Assembly (NCBI GenBank): GCA_964016885.1
Contig: OZ024742.1
Location: 72,726,001-72,790,000 of the forward strand
Length of the DNA: 64,000 nt
From: Eledone cirrhosa
Taxonomy: Eukaryota
Reading direction: 5' to 3'
In this document: in pieces, positions 26,501-40,139 of the stretch
Position numbering within the stretch: the first letter of the stretch is position 1
Layout of the letters: the number at the start of each line of letters is the position of its first letter
Notes under the pieces: model-generated
The model's input: the letters and a program-made list of their open reading frames with translations, nothing else
Told to the model about the DNA's origin: nothing
Database searches by the model: none
Position numbers and translations under genes: made by a program

Positions 26501-28014
26501 AAGAGCAATAAATACCATCACAAATACTATTATTTCCAACATAAGCACAAAGTTACAAATGTTGTTGGGGGAGGGGGTGTAATCGATTATATTGATATGA
26601 CCAGTATTTAATTTATTTAAACGGGATAGACGAAAAGCACGATATAGTTTTCTTGACATATGTACTGACCAAACTCAATATTAAAAGTCATTTTGTCAGG
26701 CACTCAAATAATTCTGTCAGTCTACAGTGTTAATTATTATGATTTCAAAGCCAGAAACTTTTAAGTCGATATAATCGAACCCCCACTCCACCCAAAGACG
26801 GAAGCATGAGCCATAAAGTCAACCTCAGCGAGATTTGAAAAGTAGTAACATATCGTCATTTCCCCAGGGCTCTACCGAGTGTATAATTCCATCGTCGTCT
26901 AACAACAATAATTTATTACATAGCTTACAAGGCTAGTTTTCATTTAATGGGGTTGTATATAGTATAGCTATTTCAGTAGTTTTTATTGCTGGTACCTATT
27001 ACATTGATCCTACTCAGATGAAAAGACAAACGAAAACGGGTTGCCGGATTCACTTGCAATACATACATATAATACATACACACCCACATACATACATATC
27101 GATAAATAATATACACACACACATATCGATATATAATACACACACAAATAGATACATATATAATACACACACACAAATACATATCTAAAATACACGCACA
27201 CAAATATATACATAATACACACGCACACAAATACATACATACATTATATATATATATATATATACAGGATGGTCACAACTGGAAGACCTTTGATCATAGG
27301 TCTGCTCGTTCAGAGCTAAACAACAACAAAAATCGTCCTAGGCGGAATATGAAATAAAATACTGAACAAGAATTAGTCCAGGTTTCTATCGCTTGTATTT
27401 CAAGGACAGCTATTATAACAGATTTATAAACGAGTGAATAGATTTCGGTATATAACTGGTGACTTATCTTAGAGATTACGCGTGGGGTGGCCAAGTCGAA
27501 CCTGGCATTATTTGAGTATATATATATGAATAGCAATTATAGCGACGACGATGATGATGGTGGTGGTTTCGAACAACCATACAGCCACACATCTGTGGGA
27601 GGGGTAGAGTTAACTAAATCGAACCCGTAGTTAGCTGAAACTTGTATTACCAATACCGGAAGAATGAAAATCTAAGTCGGTAGGTCCGGTGAAATTTGAA
27701 TAAGAAACGTACAAGAAACAATGCTTTCTTTATTAACCAAAAAGGTTTACGACAATAATTAATCGAAATAATATCAAGAACGATCTCCCACGTAAGCACA
27801 CAAGGCTACAAAGTTTGAGGGGCGGGGTATAGTCACGTACAGATTTTAACGACGCCGGAAAGATGAAAGGTAAAAATCAATTCCGAAGGTAAATGGATTA
27901 ACATTAATAATAATAATAATGATAACAATACTTATGATAGTGATAGCTTTATTTGCCACAAGGGCAGTGCAAATAAAAATAAAAACAGCAAACAAACAAG
28001 CAATCAATACGTAC

Positions 28015-28138
28015 CGAGTGCTACTTCGCAGGCCTTCTTCAGCTGGGTGTGATATGTCTTTTTGATTTCCTTGTCAGCCAAGATTTTCTCAAGAGCTCTG
28101 GTTAAAAACATGGCTTTTACTTTTTCTGTATCATGCAT
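28015..28138 (-). CDS. ARFGEF1: First coding exon of brefeldin A-inhibited ARF guanine nucleotide exchange factor (BIG1/BIG2, Sec7 family)
   Basis: Translates to [41 protein letters not shown], matching the ARFGEF1/2 N-terminus. 124 nt followed by a phase-1 GTACGT donor. A candidate acceptor (TTTCTACATCCAG) lies at 28407-28419. No downstream exon was recognised in the window. Confidence 0.92.
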
Positions 28139-28431
28139 AATTCAGAAGAAGCTGGCCGATTGTAGGGAAGATACGACATCGATGAGATAGTGATGGTCTT
28201 ACTGGGGACTTGGTGGTGGTGGTAGTGTTGGCCGTTATGACATTGAACTGACTTGCTTGTGGTGTTGAACTGAAGAGAATGATGATAATTGTTGATGGTG
28301 ATGACGAAAGAGGAAGATCCCGATCGGTAAAATATGTTGATGGTTAGTGTCGGTAATATTGTTGTTCCTGTGGTTGTTATACGTAGACATGCAGCAGACT
28401 GCAAACCTGGATGTAGAAACATATATGTATG

Positions 28432-28467
<36 letters not shown>

Positions 28468-28468
28468 T

Positions 28469-28499
<31 letters not shown>

Positions 28500-29519
28500 T
28501 CAGTATATAAATGTGTGTGTGTGTAAAATGGATTAATGTGAAGGTGCGCGAGTTTACTTATGTCTGTTTAAATGTGTTGTACCCATATAGACAAGTAGGT
28601 ATATACGTGTAAAATGAATGAATAAGAGGCATTATATATATATTCTTACATCTGTGTGTGTCTATATATGTTCATATGAAGACTTACAGGTGTGCAAGTT
28701 ATATGTGTATATACTTCCGTATGTTTTCGCGTTAATATACTAAATATTAGGAGACTGCGTGTTTCTGTAGATATGCAATATCTACATGGACACAAGGGGT
28801 ATATATAGAAAACATATATATTTAATAGCTAAACATATGTAAGTAAAGATAATTACGTACGTAAATGTACTATTTGGAAAAGTACGGGCGTGTATGTACG
28901 GAAATCGGTACATATGTATATACTCACGTATGTTTATGTAAGGTATTCTGAATTATAAAAATATATAGATATATCTATTAATCTATATGTTCTTTCTCTT
29001 CCCTAATCTAATATGTTAGTAGCAGCAGTTGATTTTTTTTCACAAACCCTATTAATATACATATACATACATTAATATATACCTACAAGTATATCTGAGG
29101 ATATATGTATCTGTATGTCATGTATATATATATATATGTGTGTGTATGCGTGTGTTATATGTGATATCCGCTTGAAAAGTGTGAGATAATAATAACAATA
29201 ATACTGATTAATAATAACAGCCGTCTTCTTCCTGACTGAGGTGTGTTCCGAAGAAGGTGGAAGTTAACACAAAAAATATATCCGTGTAATTCAGAATATC
29301 CAGTAAGGTAACGTAACAACTGAGTTAGGTTAGATTAGGTAGGTGTATATATGTGTGTGTATGTACAACGTATAAATATTTAGAGAGAGAAATAAATTAT
29401 ATATGCTAACCAGAATGTTGGTAATGTATAAGTAGTTATATAATGTTTGTTGTTGTGTGACTATAGGTTATTTGAAAGGTTTCTTTTTTTGCTTTTTCTT
29501 CTGTGTCTGTGTGTGTATC

Positions 29520-29660
29520 TCCCACCAACTCCAGCTCCGGCTAGCTGCTTCTTCTGCTGCTACCCTCCGCCGCCATCATAAACACTGACACGTGATCATT
29601 GAGATAGCATATGACGTCTAAGCTAACTCGACCGGCCCGCCAACTTTGCGTCAACATACA
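29520..29660 (-). promoter_or_regulatory. Candidate ARFGEF promoter / first untranslated exon
   Basis: Local GC/CpG-rich island with YY1-like CCGCCATCAT (29570), E-box CACGTG (29589-29594) and CRE-like TGACGTC (29612-29618), ~1.4 kb upstream of the ATG. Confidence 0.45.
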
Positions 29661-29719
29661 ACGGGAACCTCAACCGAACCACAATAATTATGCCAGTTAT
29701 GTGTGTGTGTTTATACGTT

Positions 29720-29750
<31 letters not shown>

Positions 29751-29901
29751 GAAAGAAGTAAGTAGAGAAGTTAAAACAGTTCAAAATACAGTATTTGCTC
29801 ATAAATGATTGATTTTGTTAAGTCCCAATAAGGGACAAAATAATTGTAAATCAATATTTAATGTGAAACTGTATTTGGTAATATTTTAATATTTATATAT
29901 A

Positions 29902-29943
<42 letters not shown>

Positions 29944-30012
29944 CAATAAATGAAGAAATTCCGTCGGAAAAGTCCAGGAAAAAAGAGTGCTCTATGTAGG
30001 TAACAGAGCTTA

Positions 30013-30215
30013 ATAGTTATGTAATAAACAACATAAGGCAATTATTCCATTTACCAGTGGTTTCTTAAAAACAGACCAGGATTTTTTTAAACAGACCAGG
30101 ATTTTTTAAACAGACCAGGATTTTTTCATTCTGAGGATTGAAAGCAAAATCTTTTGCTTTTAAGAAACCACTGGTAAATGGAATAATTGCCTTATGTTGT
30201 TTATTACATAACTAT
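30013..30215. repeat. Perfect 58-bp inverted repeat (foldback/MITE-like) with a tandem triplet in the loop
   Basis: 30013-30070 is the exact reverse complement of 30158-30215; the loop has 3x AAACAGACCAGGATTTTTT. Confidence 0.9.
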
Positions 30216-30883
30216 ATATACAATATGTAGAAAGGATAACAAACTAGAGGAAGAGAGTGTGTGCCAACAATAAACAGGGAAACCACCAGTGTATGGAATC
30301 TATAAACTACGGAGGTGAGGTAGACATATATATATATATATATATACATATATATGATGGCTGCCCCCTCGTTATCGAGTATGGCCATTGCCCGATATAC
30401 CATTATAAATTAATTCTATCGTGCAATGATTGTGCGTGAAGATATTTTTTAAAGTGAGGAAAGACTGTGCACTGAGCCAACCCACCCTCTGAGCAACTGT
30501 AGCTATAACCCGAAAAGAAGAAGAGATCAACATCGTCGGTAACTACTGAGCCGCAGGTTTTATATCAGAGTTATCCCAGTTTCCTGAGTTGCCTTCTCCT
30601 AGAAGAATGCCCTGACAAAGGCTAGGGGTCCTTCACTCCCAGTGGTTTAACCATGCGGTACATGTGTATATACATATTTACACACTTTTGGATGGCCGTT
30701 GACTCTTATGAGTTCTTCCGCCCTTTGTAAGGTTTTCTTTTTTGTCCTGCAGGGTGTCCAAAATCACCCTCCTCACCAAGTAAACTTGGTGGGGTTGCTG
30801 GTTTAGTCGCCGACGACCCAACCATGCGATAGGTTATACTGGGTTACATGTTACCAATAGCACTCAAGAGTGACCTGACATTT

Positions 30884-31001
<118 letters not shown>

Positions 31002-31008
31002 GTAATAT

Positions 31009-33223
31009 TTCATCACCGCCAACCACCATTCGACCTGTTGGTACGTTGTCGGACCGCATGAACTTCGTTTTCATGTAGTTCATCTTGAGGCCTACTGCAG
31101 AGCTTTTGATGTCGAGCTCCGTCAGCATGGTCTGAAGCTGATCCATGGTTTCAGCGATGAGTACGAGGTCATCAGCGAAACAGAGGTGGGTAAGTATCTC
31201 GCCATTGATGTTGACACCGCCTTGCCAGTCAATGCCTCTGATGATCTGCTCGAGACACGCGGTGAAAAGTTTTGGAGAGATTGTATCTCCTGGATTCACT
31301 CCCTTCTTGACCGGCACTCGTACGGGTGATGGCAGCAGAGCTATGTCGGTGGTGCATCCGGAATTCGCCTCCCTGAGCAGTTGAACGTATTGCGCCTCGA
31401 CTCCTTCTCTCTGCAGCGAGTTCAGCACTGCGTTGATTTCGACGCTGTCGAAGGCCTTCTCGTAGTCTACGAACGCGACGCAAAGAGGCATCTTGTACTC
31501 TTTCACTCGCTCAAGCAGTTGTGTCAGAGTAAATATGTGGTCCATCGTGCTGTAGTTCTTCCGGAAGCCGGCTTGCTCACTCGGTTGCTGTTCGTCCAGA
31601 TGACGTGATAACCTGTTCAGGATTATCTTCGTGAACAGCTTGTACACGTGAGACAGCAGGCATATGGGTCGGTAGTTCTTCAGATCTTCTCTATCGCCTT
31701 TCTTGTATAGCAGGATGGTATTCAACTCTTTCCACTGCAAGGGTATTCTTCCCTCGTCCAGATAGTGTGTGAATCACTCGGCGAGGATTTTCCAGAGCTG
31801 CTCTCCACCTGACTTCAACACCTCGGATGTTATGCCGTCTTTCCCTGGCGCCTTTCCACTTTTCATCAAGCCGACGGCTCTTTCGACCTTGCTAACAAGG
31901 ATGGGTCGCACATCTTCTTCCTGTTGGAGTGACGGCAACGGCTGCACATTCCCGGCAAACTTGAAGAGCTTGGTGTAGAAGTCTTCACAAACCTTTTCCA
32001 CCTCACTCTTGTCGCTGACCGGTACTCCAGGATCGTCACCACCGATCTGTACATTGCCATGTCCCTCTCGCATTTCTTAAGGCTCTCCTTTTCCTCTGCG
32101 GCCTTCAGAAGCTTCTCCATTCGGTATGCCTCAAAGTCTCTCTTCAGTTGTTGTCGTATCACTCTGCTGAGAAGGGAATATTCGAGGTGATCTTCAGGTG
32201 TCCTCTTCATATTCTTCCTCTTCTTAAGCAACTTCATAGTTTCCTTCAAGACTCTTCCCTTCCGCTCCCTTGGGCACACACCCTTAACCTTCCTCAAGCA
32301 CTCCTTCAGTTTCCTTATCAATGAGTCGTAGTCAGCGTCTATGCTGTCTCCTTGACGCCAGTTTTCCTGCATGATGGCTTCCTGCAGCTGCACCTCGTTG
32401 AAGACCCGGACGCGTTCTCCCTTCGACGCCAAATGCAGCGCCTTCTTCTCCCTCGTCCGGTTGATGATGACCTTTGCCCTCACCAGACGATGATCACTGC
32501 CAGTGTTGAATGGCGTTATGACGGAGATGTCCTGCAGTATGCGTCGCTTGTCGACCAGGGTGTAGTCGATCTTGTTTCGGTGCTCAGAATTTGGCGATAC
32601 CCAGGTCCATCTCTTCTTCTTCCTGAATAGGCCTACCTAGGACAAGAATTGAACATGCGCCGAGACATTGAGAGGGAGATCTCACGGATAGTAAGGGCCG
32701 GATGGAGGGCGTTCAACGGCATAAGGGATGTGCTCAAGGGGAGGTTGGACAAGACCATCCACGCCAACCTCTTCAATAGCACAGTTTTACCTACAATGTT
32801 ATATGGCAGTGATACTTGGGCTACAATGAAGAGAGAAGAGCAGAGGCTGGTAACGGCTCAAAGAGCCATGGAGAGATCAATGCTAGGAATCTCGTTGAGA
32901 GAGCACATCAGGAGCGAAGTCATCAGAGAGAAGTCCGGCGTGAGGGACGTCATCACGGAATATATGCGCAGCAAGTTCAGATGGGCTGGACATGTCGCCC
33001 AGTTCACCGATAATTGGTGGACCCGCGCAGTTGCCGAGTGGTGCCCGCGCGAGCGGAAACGACCACTCGGAAGACCTCCACGAGGGTGGAGTTACAATTT
33101 TAGGAATATGATTGGGACTACATGGATGAGGAAAGCATGATCCAGAGAAGAATGGACGGCATGCTGTGACCAGCGGCACTGAATGGATGCCCGACAGACT
33201 GGTCGGTCAAGGTGATCAAGGTG
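31009..33223. mobile_element. RTE LINE (second family) with 5' inversion
   Basis: Minus 31009-~32627 encodes the APE C-terminus (SDHRL) and RT (FVDYEKAFD, HLCFADD). Plus ~32628-33223 continues YLGQELN...MLYGSDTW...WAGH...GRP with a (CAAGGTGAT)2 tail. TSD ATATGTAATAT at 30998-31008 and 33224-33234. Confidence 0.88.
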
Positions 33224-33250
33224 ATATGTAATATATATATATATATATAT

Positions 33251-34983
33251 ATCATCATCATCATCGTTTAACGTCCATTTTCCACGCTAGCATGGGTCTG
33301 GATGGGAATTGTCCCACTTGAGGCAAGATTGGTTGTCTTGCTCAGGACTGTCTGGCGGGTTTTCTACGGCTGGATGCCCTTCGTAACACCAACCACGTTT
33401 ACAGTGTGGACTGGGAGGTTTTTACCGTGTTACTTACATGGCCACATTACAGTGTGGACTGTGTGTTTTTTGTCGTGACACCTACACGACCTCTTTATTT
33501 AGGACTGGATGTTGTGGTACCAACATAGCTTTACATCGAACGGGGTGTATTTTGGTTAAGAGGTGCCTACTGACTGTAGGTTTCGCTTTGTACTTAGGCA
33601 AGGCGGGTCTTCTGTATTACTACGTAGCGCCAAAGATCTTGGTCCAATGACATTGTCTTGGAGAGGTGTAAGTGTGTGAGGTCGGATTTTATCAAGTCGT
33701 CCCAGGTTTTTCTCGGTCTGCCTACTCCTTAACTACCGTCTATTTTGATCGCCCTGCACTTTTTTATACAGCTGTCATCTTTCATGCGCATCACGTGACC
33801 ATACCAACATAGTTTTCTCTCGAGTAAACAGCATCTGATCCCTCTTATTCCTAATTTCTCACTTAGTTCATTTATGCTTTGCCGTTTGCGTATATTACTA
33901 TTACACATCCAACGGAGCATGCAAGCTTCGTTCCTCTCCAGTCTGCGTAGATCCTCTGCACACAAGACCCATGTCTCACTGCCATGTAACATCGCTGTTT
34001 GTATACAGGCATCATACAGCCTGCCTTTTATTTTTAGAGAGAAACCTTTAGCGGCCAATAGTGGTATAAGCTCTCTGAACCTTTTCCATCCGATTCAAAC
34101 TCTAGCTACTGTACTTTCAGAGTACTCTCCACCACTGCTGATTTTGTCACCCAGGTAACGGAAGGTGTCCACTATTTCTACAGAACCATCTGGGCAATGG
34201 AATGTGCTAGTATTCTGTGGGCATTTACTGCTACTTATTGCACCAGAGCACCGGCCACATATAAAATCTATATTCTTAGTTAGCTTACCTGTGATCCCAC
34301 TACATCTTTTATGCACCCATACTTTGCATTTGGGACATAAAATGGAGTTTCTGCCTACACACTGAGCATGGCCATTTCCCAGATGGGATCAGTGCCCTAT
34401 TCTCCTTCCTACATATTAAGACTTTAGTCTTAGACAAGTTAACTTTAAGGCCTTTTGATTCTAGGCCATGCTTCCATGTTTGGAATTTCTTCTCTAGTTC
34501 AGCCATTGATTCGGCTATGAGCGTTAGATCATCTGCGTATAAAAGTTCCCATGGGCAGCCGGTCTTGAACTCCTCCGTTATAGCTTGGAGGGCGATAATA
34601 AATAGGAGGGGGCTAAGGACGGAGCCCTGATGAACACCAACTTTTACGCTAAACTCTTCACTATATTCGTTGCTAATTCTAACCTTGCTGACTGTTTCTT
34701 TATACATGGCTTGTATAGCTCTCACAAACCATTCATCTACACCTAGTTTTCTAAGAGCCCACCAGATAATAGAGCAGGGGACTCTGTCAAAGGCTTTCTC
34801 CAGGTCTACAAAAGCTAAGTAGAGGGGTTTACTTTTAGCTAGGTACTTCTGTAGTTGTCGTACAATGAAAAGAGCGTCTGTGGTACTTTCACCTGACACA
34901 AACCCGAACTGCATTTCATCTAGATTAATTCGCTCTCTGATTAGTTGCGCTATTACTTTTTCTGTGACCTTTATGACCTGGTA
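33251..34983 (-). mobile_element. RTE LINE, 5'-truncated and frameshifted (RT + PHD finger)
   Basis: FVDLEKAFD, HQGSVLSP, LLYADDL, C4HC3 finger, LHGSETW; (GAT)n tail. Confidence 0.9.
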
Positions 34984-35052
34984 TATTAATTAATATATAT
35001 ATATGTGTGTGTGTATATATATATGTGTGCATGCGTTAATATATATATATAT

Positions 35053-35690
35053 ATCATCATCATCATCACCGTTTTACGTCCATTCTTCCACGCTAGTATG
35101 GATTAGATGGGTTGAACTGTTATGGGCAATGCCAGGTCAGGTGACCATGTCTTGGTCATACAGAACTGATTTTGGCTTGATTCCTACAGCTGGATGCTCT
35201 TCCTAACACCAACCGCATTTACAGTGAGCGCCAACATGACCACTTTACAGTGTGGACTGGGTGCTTTTTTGTCGTGACACCTACACGACCAATATATATA
35301 TATCATCATCTCCATTATTTAACATCTATCTTCCACGCTAGCATGGGTTAGACAGGAATTGTCCCACTTGAGGCAAGATTGATTGGGTGACCATGTCTCA
35401 CTCGTATAGGATTATCTGGCAGGTTTTCTACGGCTGGATGCCCTTCCTAACACCAACCACATTTACAGAGTGGACTGGGAGCCTTTTTACCGTGTCTCTT
35501 GCAGGACCACTTTACAGTGTGGACTGGGTGCTTTTTTGTCGTGGCACCTACACAACCTCTTTAGTTTGGATTGGATATTCTGTGGTACCAACATAACTTT
35601 ACAGAGAAAGGGTGGTGTTGGTGGGAGGATGGAGTAGGGTTAGTGGGATGGGGTGTATATTTGGTTAAGAGGTTTAACTTTGTACGTAGG
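35053..35690 (-). mobile_element. Two RTE/SINE 3' tail fragments
   Basis: Two (CAT)n-initiated copies of the GGATGCCCTTCCTAACACCAACC module. Confidence 0.7.
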
Positions 35691-35870
35691 GAAAGATATT
35701 GAGACAGAGAGAAGTAACTGTACACAATAATTGTCATTATTATTATTACCCGCCGAGGTTGACTTTGCCTTTCATCCTTACGGTATCGATAAAATAAAGT
35801 ACCAGTAATGCACTGGGTATTTTTGCTGGCCTTGTGCCAAAAGTAGAAACAATTATTATTATTACACCGT

Positions 35871-36050
35871 GGATTGGCAGTATCGGTAGAGGGTCAAACA
35901 TCATGCTTTGATGCATAGAGTTACGGCCTTTTCCATTCTGAGTTCAAATCCCGCCGAGGTCAACTTTGCCTTTCATCCTTACGGGATCGATAAAATAAAG
36001 TACCAGTAATGTACTGGGTTATTGCTGGCCTTGTGCCCAAAGTATAAACA
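35871..36050 (+). mobile_element. OK/OR1-like SINE with 13-bp TSD (a 3' half copy precedes it at 35748-35857)
   Basis: A box TGGCAGTATCGG, B box GAGTTCAAATCCC; ATTATTACACCGT at 35858-35870 and 36051-36063. Confidence 0.8.
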
Positions 36051-36322
36051 ATTATTACACCGTATTTGTTCCCCGGTTCTAAGTGTCATTTCCTGGTTTG
36101 TTATATCCCATTATTATTAAAAAAACACTATTATTTAATCAGAAGTTGTGGTCAGGAGTTTGATATTTCGAAATTTTCATATTTTTCAAGAAAAAACACA
36201 TTTTTTAAGAATTTATCAGTTCATATAATTAAATCAACAGAGTATATATTTATTTTATTACACAAGCTTATCAAAAGCAAACAAGTAAAAACAAATAACA
36301 CTTATAAAGCAACTTATACACG

Positions 36323-37412
36323 TCAGAAATGACTGGATTTCCTGGATTTGTGGTTGTAGTCCAGGTCGCATTCCCGCACTAGCCCCCAGATATAGTCCCC
36401 CATCATTTTTTCATTGTAGTGGCCCTGGTACCTCCGCTCTATCTCTTTCACATCTTGGTGGAATCGTTCGCCTTGTTCTTCTGAGTAGGCGCCCATATTG
36501 TCCTTGAATTTTTCCAGGTGAGCGTCCAGCATATGGAGTTTAAGCGACATCCTGCATCCCATGGCACCAAAAGCCTTTATCAGATCCTGCACCAGTTGCT
36601 GGTAGTTTTCAGCTCTGTAGTTCCCCAGGAAGCCCTTAACAACTGCCTTGAAACAGTTCCATGCTGTTCTCTCAATCCTATTGAGCTTATTGGAGAACTC
36701 GGTAGACTCAAACACCTTCTTTATCTGAGGTCCAACAAAAATTCCACCTTTGATTTTGGCCTCAGATAACTTGGGGAAGAACTCAAGAAGGTACTTAAAA
36801 GTGGCTGATTCTTGGTTGAGAGCCTTCATAAACTGCTTCATCAACCCCAACTTAATGTGCAGTGGCGGCATGAGCACAATCCTGGGATCAACCAGTGGCT
36901 CACACATGACGTTCCAGGTCCCAACTACAAATTCTGTTCGCTGCTCCCATTTCTTTCTTTTGTAGTGATCAGAGGTGGCTCTGCTGTCCCAAAGGCAGAG
37001 GAAGCATTGGAATTTGATAAAGCCTCCTTGGAGTCCAAGCAGGAAAGCCACCATCTTGAAGTCTCCAGTGATTTCCCAATTGTACTGGTTGTATTGCAGA
37101 GCTTCCAAGAGGACTTTCACACTGTAGTAATCTTCCTTCAGGCAGACTGAATGAGCTAGGGCCAGTGTCGGGAACTTCTTTCCATTGTGGAGGAGGACAG
37201 CCTTCAAACTTGTGGTGGAGCTGTCTATAAATAGCCGCCACTCCTTGGGCACAAACGGCACCCCAATAACGTCAAACAGTCCAGGCACGTCATGGCAGAA
37301 GCAGAGGCCATCCCTAAGAGTGTAAAAGCCTGAGAAAGGTTCGTGTCGACTTCTCTGACTTGTCATATGCACTTCCTCTTTGACCAAGTTCCACTGCTTT
37401 ATCCTGGAGATG
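36323..37412 (-). mobile_element. Chapaev3-like (CMC superfamily) DNA transposase, N-terminally deleted
   Basis: Uninterrupted 354-aa ORF with EWRLFIDSS-SLKAVLLHNG, GDFKMV, CFLCLWDSR, PPLHIKLGLMK, MSLKLH, SEEQGERFHQD, ERRYQG. The family assignment is from recalled motifs; no TIR pair was found. Confidence 0.75.
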
Positions 37413-37664
37413 AATGCTTAAAACACAACTTACCCTTTATTCAGGGTGCGAAAATCCAGTATCAATAAATCTCTTTAATCCACTTTTTAACAATTTTATA
37501 CTTTATTACACTTTTATAATTTTCTTTAGGTATTACTCTTTATTTTATAATTTTAATTTAACCTGAAACATATATAAAAAAATCATTTAACATAAGCAAA
37601 TTAAACTTACATACAACGTAAAATCCAGCATACAAATAATTCTAGTGAATAGAACTAAGGAAAA

Positions 37665-38305
37665 AATTAGAAATAAGAGGGATCAGATGTTGTTTACTCG
37701 AGAGAAGGCTACATTGGTATGGTCACGTGATACGCATGAAAGACAATAGCTGTATAACAAAGTGCAGGGCAATAAAGATAGACGCTAGCCACGGAGTAGG
37801 CAGACCCAGAAAAACCTGGGACGAGCTGATAAATTCCGACCTCACACACTTACACCTCTCCAAGACAATGTCACTGGACCGAGATCTTTGGCGGTACTCA
37901 GTAATAGAGAAGACCCGCCTTACCTAAATACAAAATAAAACCTACTACAGTCAGTAGGCATCTCTAACAAAATACACCCCCCCCCCATCCACACCGCCCC
38001 TTTCAATGTAAAGTTATGTTGGTGCCACAACATCCAGGCCGAAACAAATGAGATCGTGTAGGTGTCACGACAAAAAAACACACAGTCCACGCTGTAATGT
38101 GGCCGTGTAGGCAACACGGTAAAAACCTCCCAGCCCCACACTGTAAATGTGGTTGGTGTTAGGAAGGGCATCCAACTGTAGAAAACCCGCCAGACAGTCC
38201 TATGCGAGCAAGACAATCACTCTTGCCTCAAGTGGGACTACCCCCGTCCAAACCCATGCAAGCGTGGAACATGGACGTTAAACGTTGATGATGATGATGA
38301 TGATG
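37665..38305 (+). mobile_element. RTE LINE 3' fragment
   Basis: WYGHV...GRPRKTW, same 3'UTR and (GAT)n tail as 4846-5737. Confidence 0.9.
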
Positions 38306-38904
38306 AGGGGATGGACGAGTTGGAATTGGAAAAAATGTCTTTAGATAAAAATAACAGGTCAATTCGTGTTGACATCTCTTGCAAAACTGTTGGTGCTGGC
38401 GTTTTGTGTATAATTTATTTTTTAGAAAAGTGGATGATGGAGCACCTGAAATGGAAAAAAACATGTTTTGTAAAAAGAACTATACTTGTGCACGTGCGTA
38501 AGCATGTGTGTGTGCGTGTGCGTGTGTGAGTGTGTGTTATTATAGGTCCGTACGAAGCTAAGAAGAAATGTGTGTGTATATGTGAGTAAAAGAGTGTGTG
38601 TGCATGTAAGTACGAAGCTATGAGCAAAAGTATGTTATTATAAGGGTGTGTATGCATGTATACAGAGAAGTGAAGGGAAAAGTGGAATGAGCATATATAG
38701 TCAGCGTGTATTGGTTGTAAGAGAAGATGTTAATGATCAAGAGAAAGCAATAGGAATCTAGGGGTATGATAATGGACGGGGTATTAGAGAAATTGGGGAG
38801 GTGAGTTGAGTCCAACAGGGGAATAGGACCCAAGGCGGTGAATCAGACTTTGTTCAGTCCTGTGATCCATGATGTAAAAGGAGACATGTATATATATATA
38901 TACA

Positions 38905-38965
<61 letters not shown>

Positions 38966-38969
<4 letters not shown>

Positions 38970-39533
38970 TTAATATAGATGAGATTCTACAGGACTAGAA
39001 CTGTTTCATTCTTGAGAAATCATCAGGAATCTGACTGTCCAAATAAATGTGGTGGTATTTATATCTTTTCTGGTGGTAGGAGAGGGTGGGGTGTGGGATG
39101 GGTGGAGGTCATTGGTTGAAAGAAAAGGGAATTCATTAAAGGCTAATTCTTTAAAGCTATAATTTATATTTAGAGTGACAAAGGCAAAAAGAATTCTATA
39201 AACAAGTTCAAAGTTTCTCTTAAGCCAACAATGCCTATATTTCAGGTGTCTATAAGATGGTTGGGGGTCAGTCATGGTTGATGGGTTTAAAGAAAAGGGA
39301 AATTCTTTAAAAGCTAATTCATTAAAGCTCTACTTAGTGACAAAGTCAGAGAGAATTCTATAAACAAGTTCAAATATTGGGTGCCTGTCCTTATTGTCAT
39401 GTTTCTCTTAAGCTATATTTCAGGTGTCTACAGACACATTTACATACACACACACACATATATATATATAAATATATATATAAATATACATATACAAACA
39501 CATATACACATATACACATATACACATATATAG

Positions 39534-39570
<37 letters not shown>
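38966..39570 (-). mobile_element. Non-coding hammerhead-bearing repeat, left arm of an inverted pair
   Basis: Reverse complement of ~42421-43050; contains an internal diverged direct duplication. Confidence 0.8.
38982..39032 (-). ncRNA. Type I hammerhead ribozyme motif
   Basis: Minus strand: AGATTC-CTGATGA-TTTC(TCAA)GAAT-GAA-ACAG(TTCTAGTC)CTGT-A-GAATCT. Confidence 0.7.
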
Positions 39571-39572
<2 letters not shown>

Positions 39573-39898
39573 TTCATTTCACGTCCGCTTTTTCCCTGCT
39601 TGCAAGGGTGGGACGGGAACTGATTTTGGCTTGATTTCTACAGCTGGATGCCCTTCCTAAGAAGGGCCTCATTTACAGTGAGTGCTGGGTGCTTTTTTGC
39701 CGTGGCACCTCCACGACCACTTTGCAGTGGAATGATAGGCATCCCAGTCCCTATCATCTCATTTCTACAGCTGAGTAAACTGGAGCAATGTGAAATAAAG
39801 TGTCTTGCTCAAGGAAACAACACATCACCCAGTCTGAGAATTGAACTCACAACCTTTCGATTGCAAGGCCAATGCTCTAACCACTAAGCCATGTGCCT

Positions 39899-39900
<2 letters not shown>
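39571..39900 (-). mobile_element. Full-length CORE-type tRNA SINE
   Basis: Reverse-complement homology to 6817-7150. Confidence 0.8.
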
Positions 39901-39965
<65 letters not shown>

Positions 39966-40139
39966 CATATATACATATATATACACACACACATATATAC
40001 ATATACACATACATATATACACATAAAAGTACACATACATACACATATACATACATGTACACACACACACACAAATAAATGTATATATACAAACACATAC
40101 ATATATACAAACACATGGTGGCTGCCAACTCGTTTTTGA

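Noticed and set aside
30067-30126. Three ~20-bp direct repeats resembling a CRISPR array
   Set aside because: No spacers, eukaryotic context; simple tandem triplication
30540-30882. RTE 5'UTR-like segment with a possible HDV-like ribozyme on the minus strand
   Set aside because: Small hairpins are visible, but I could not build the nested double pseudoknot by eye; it also lies outside the TSD of the adjacent RTE
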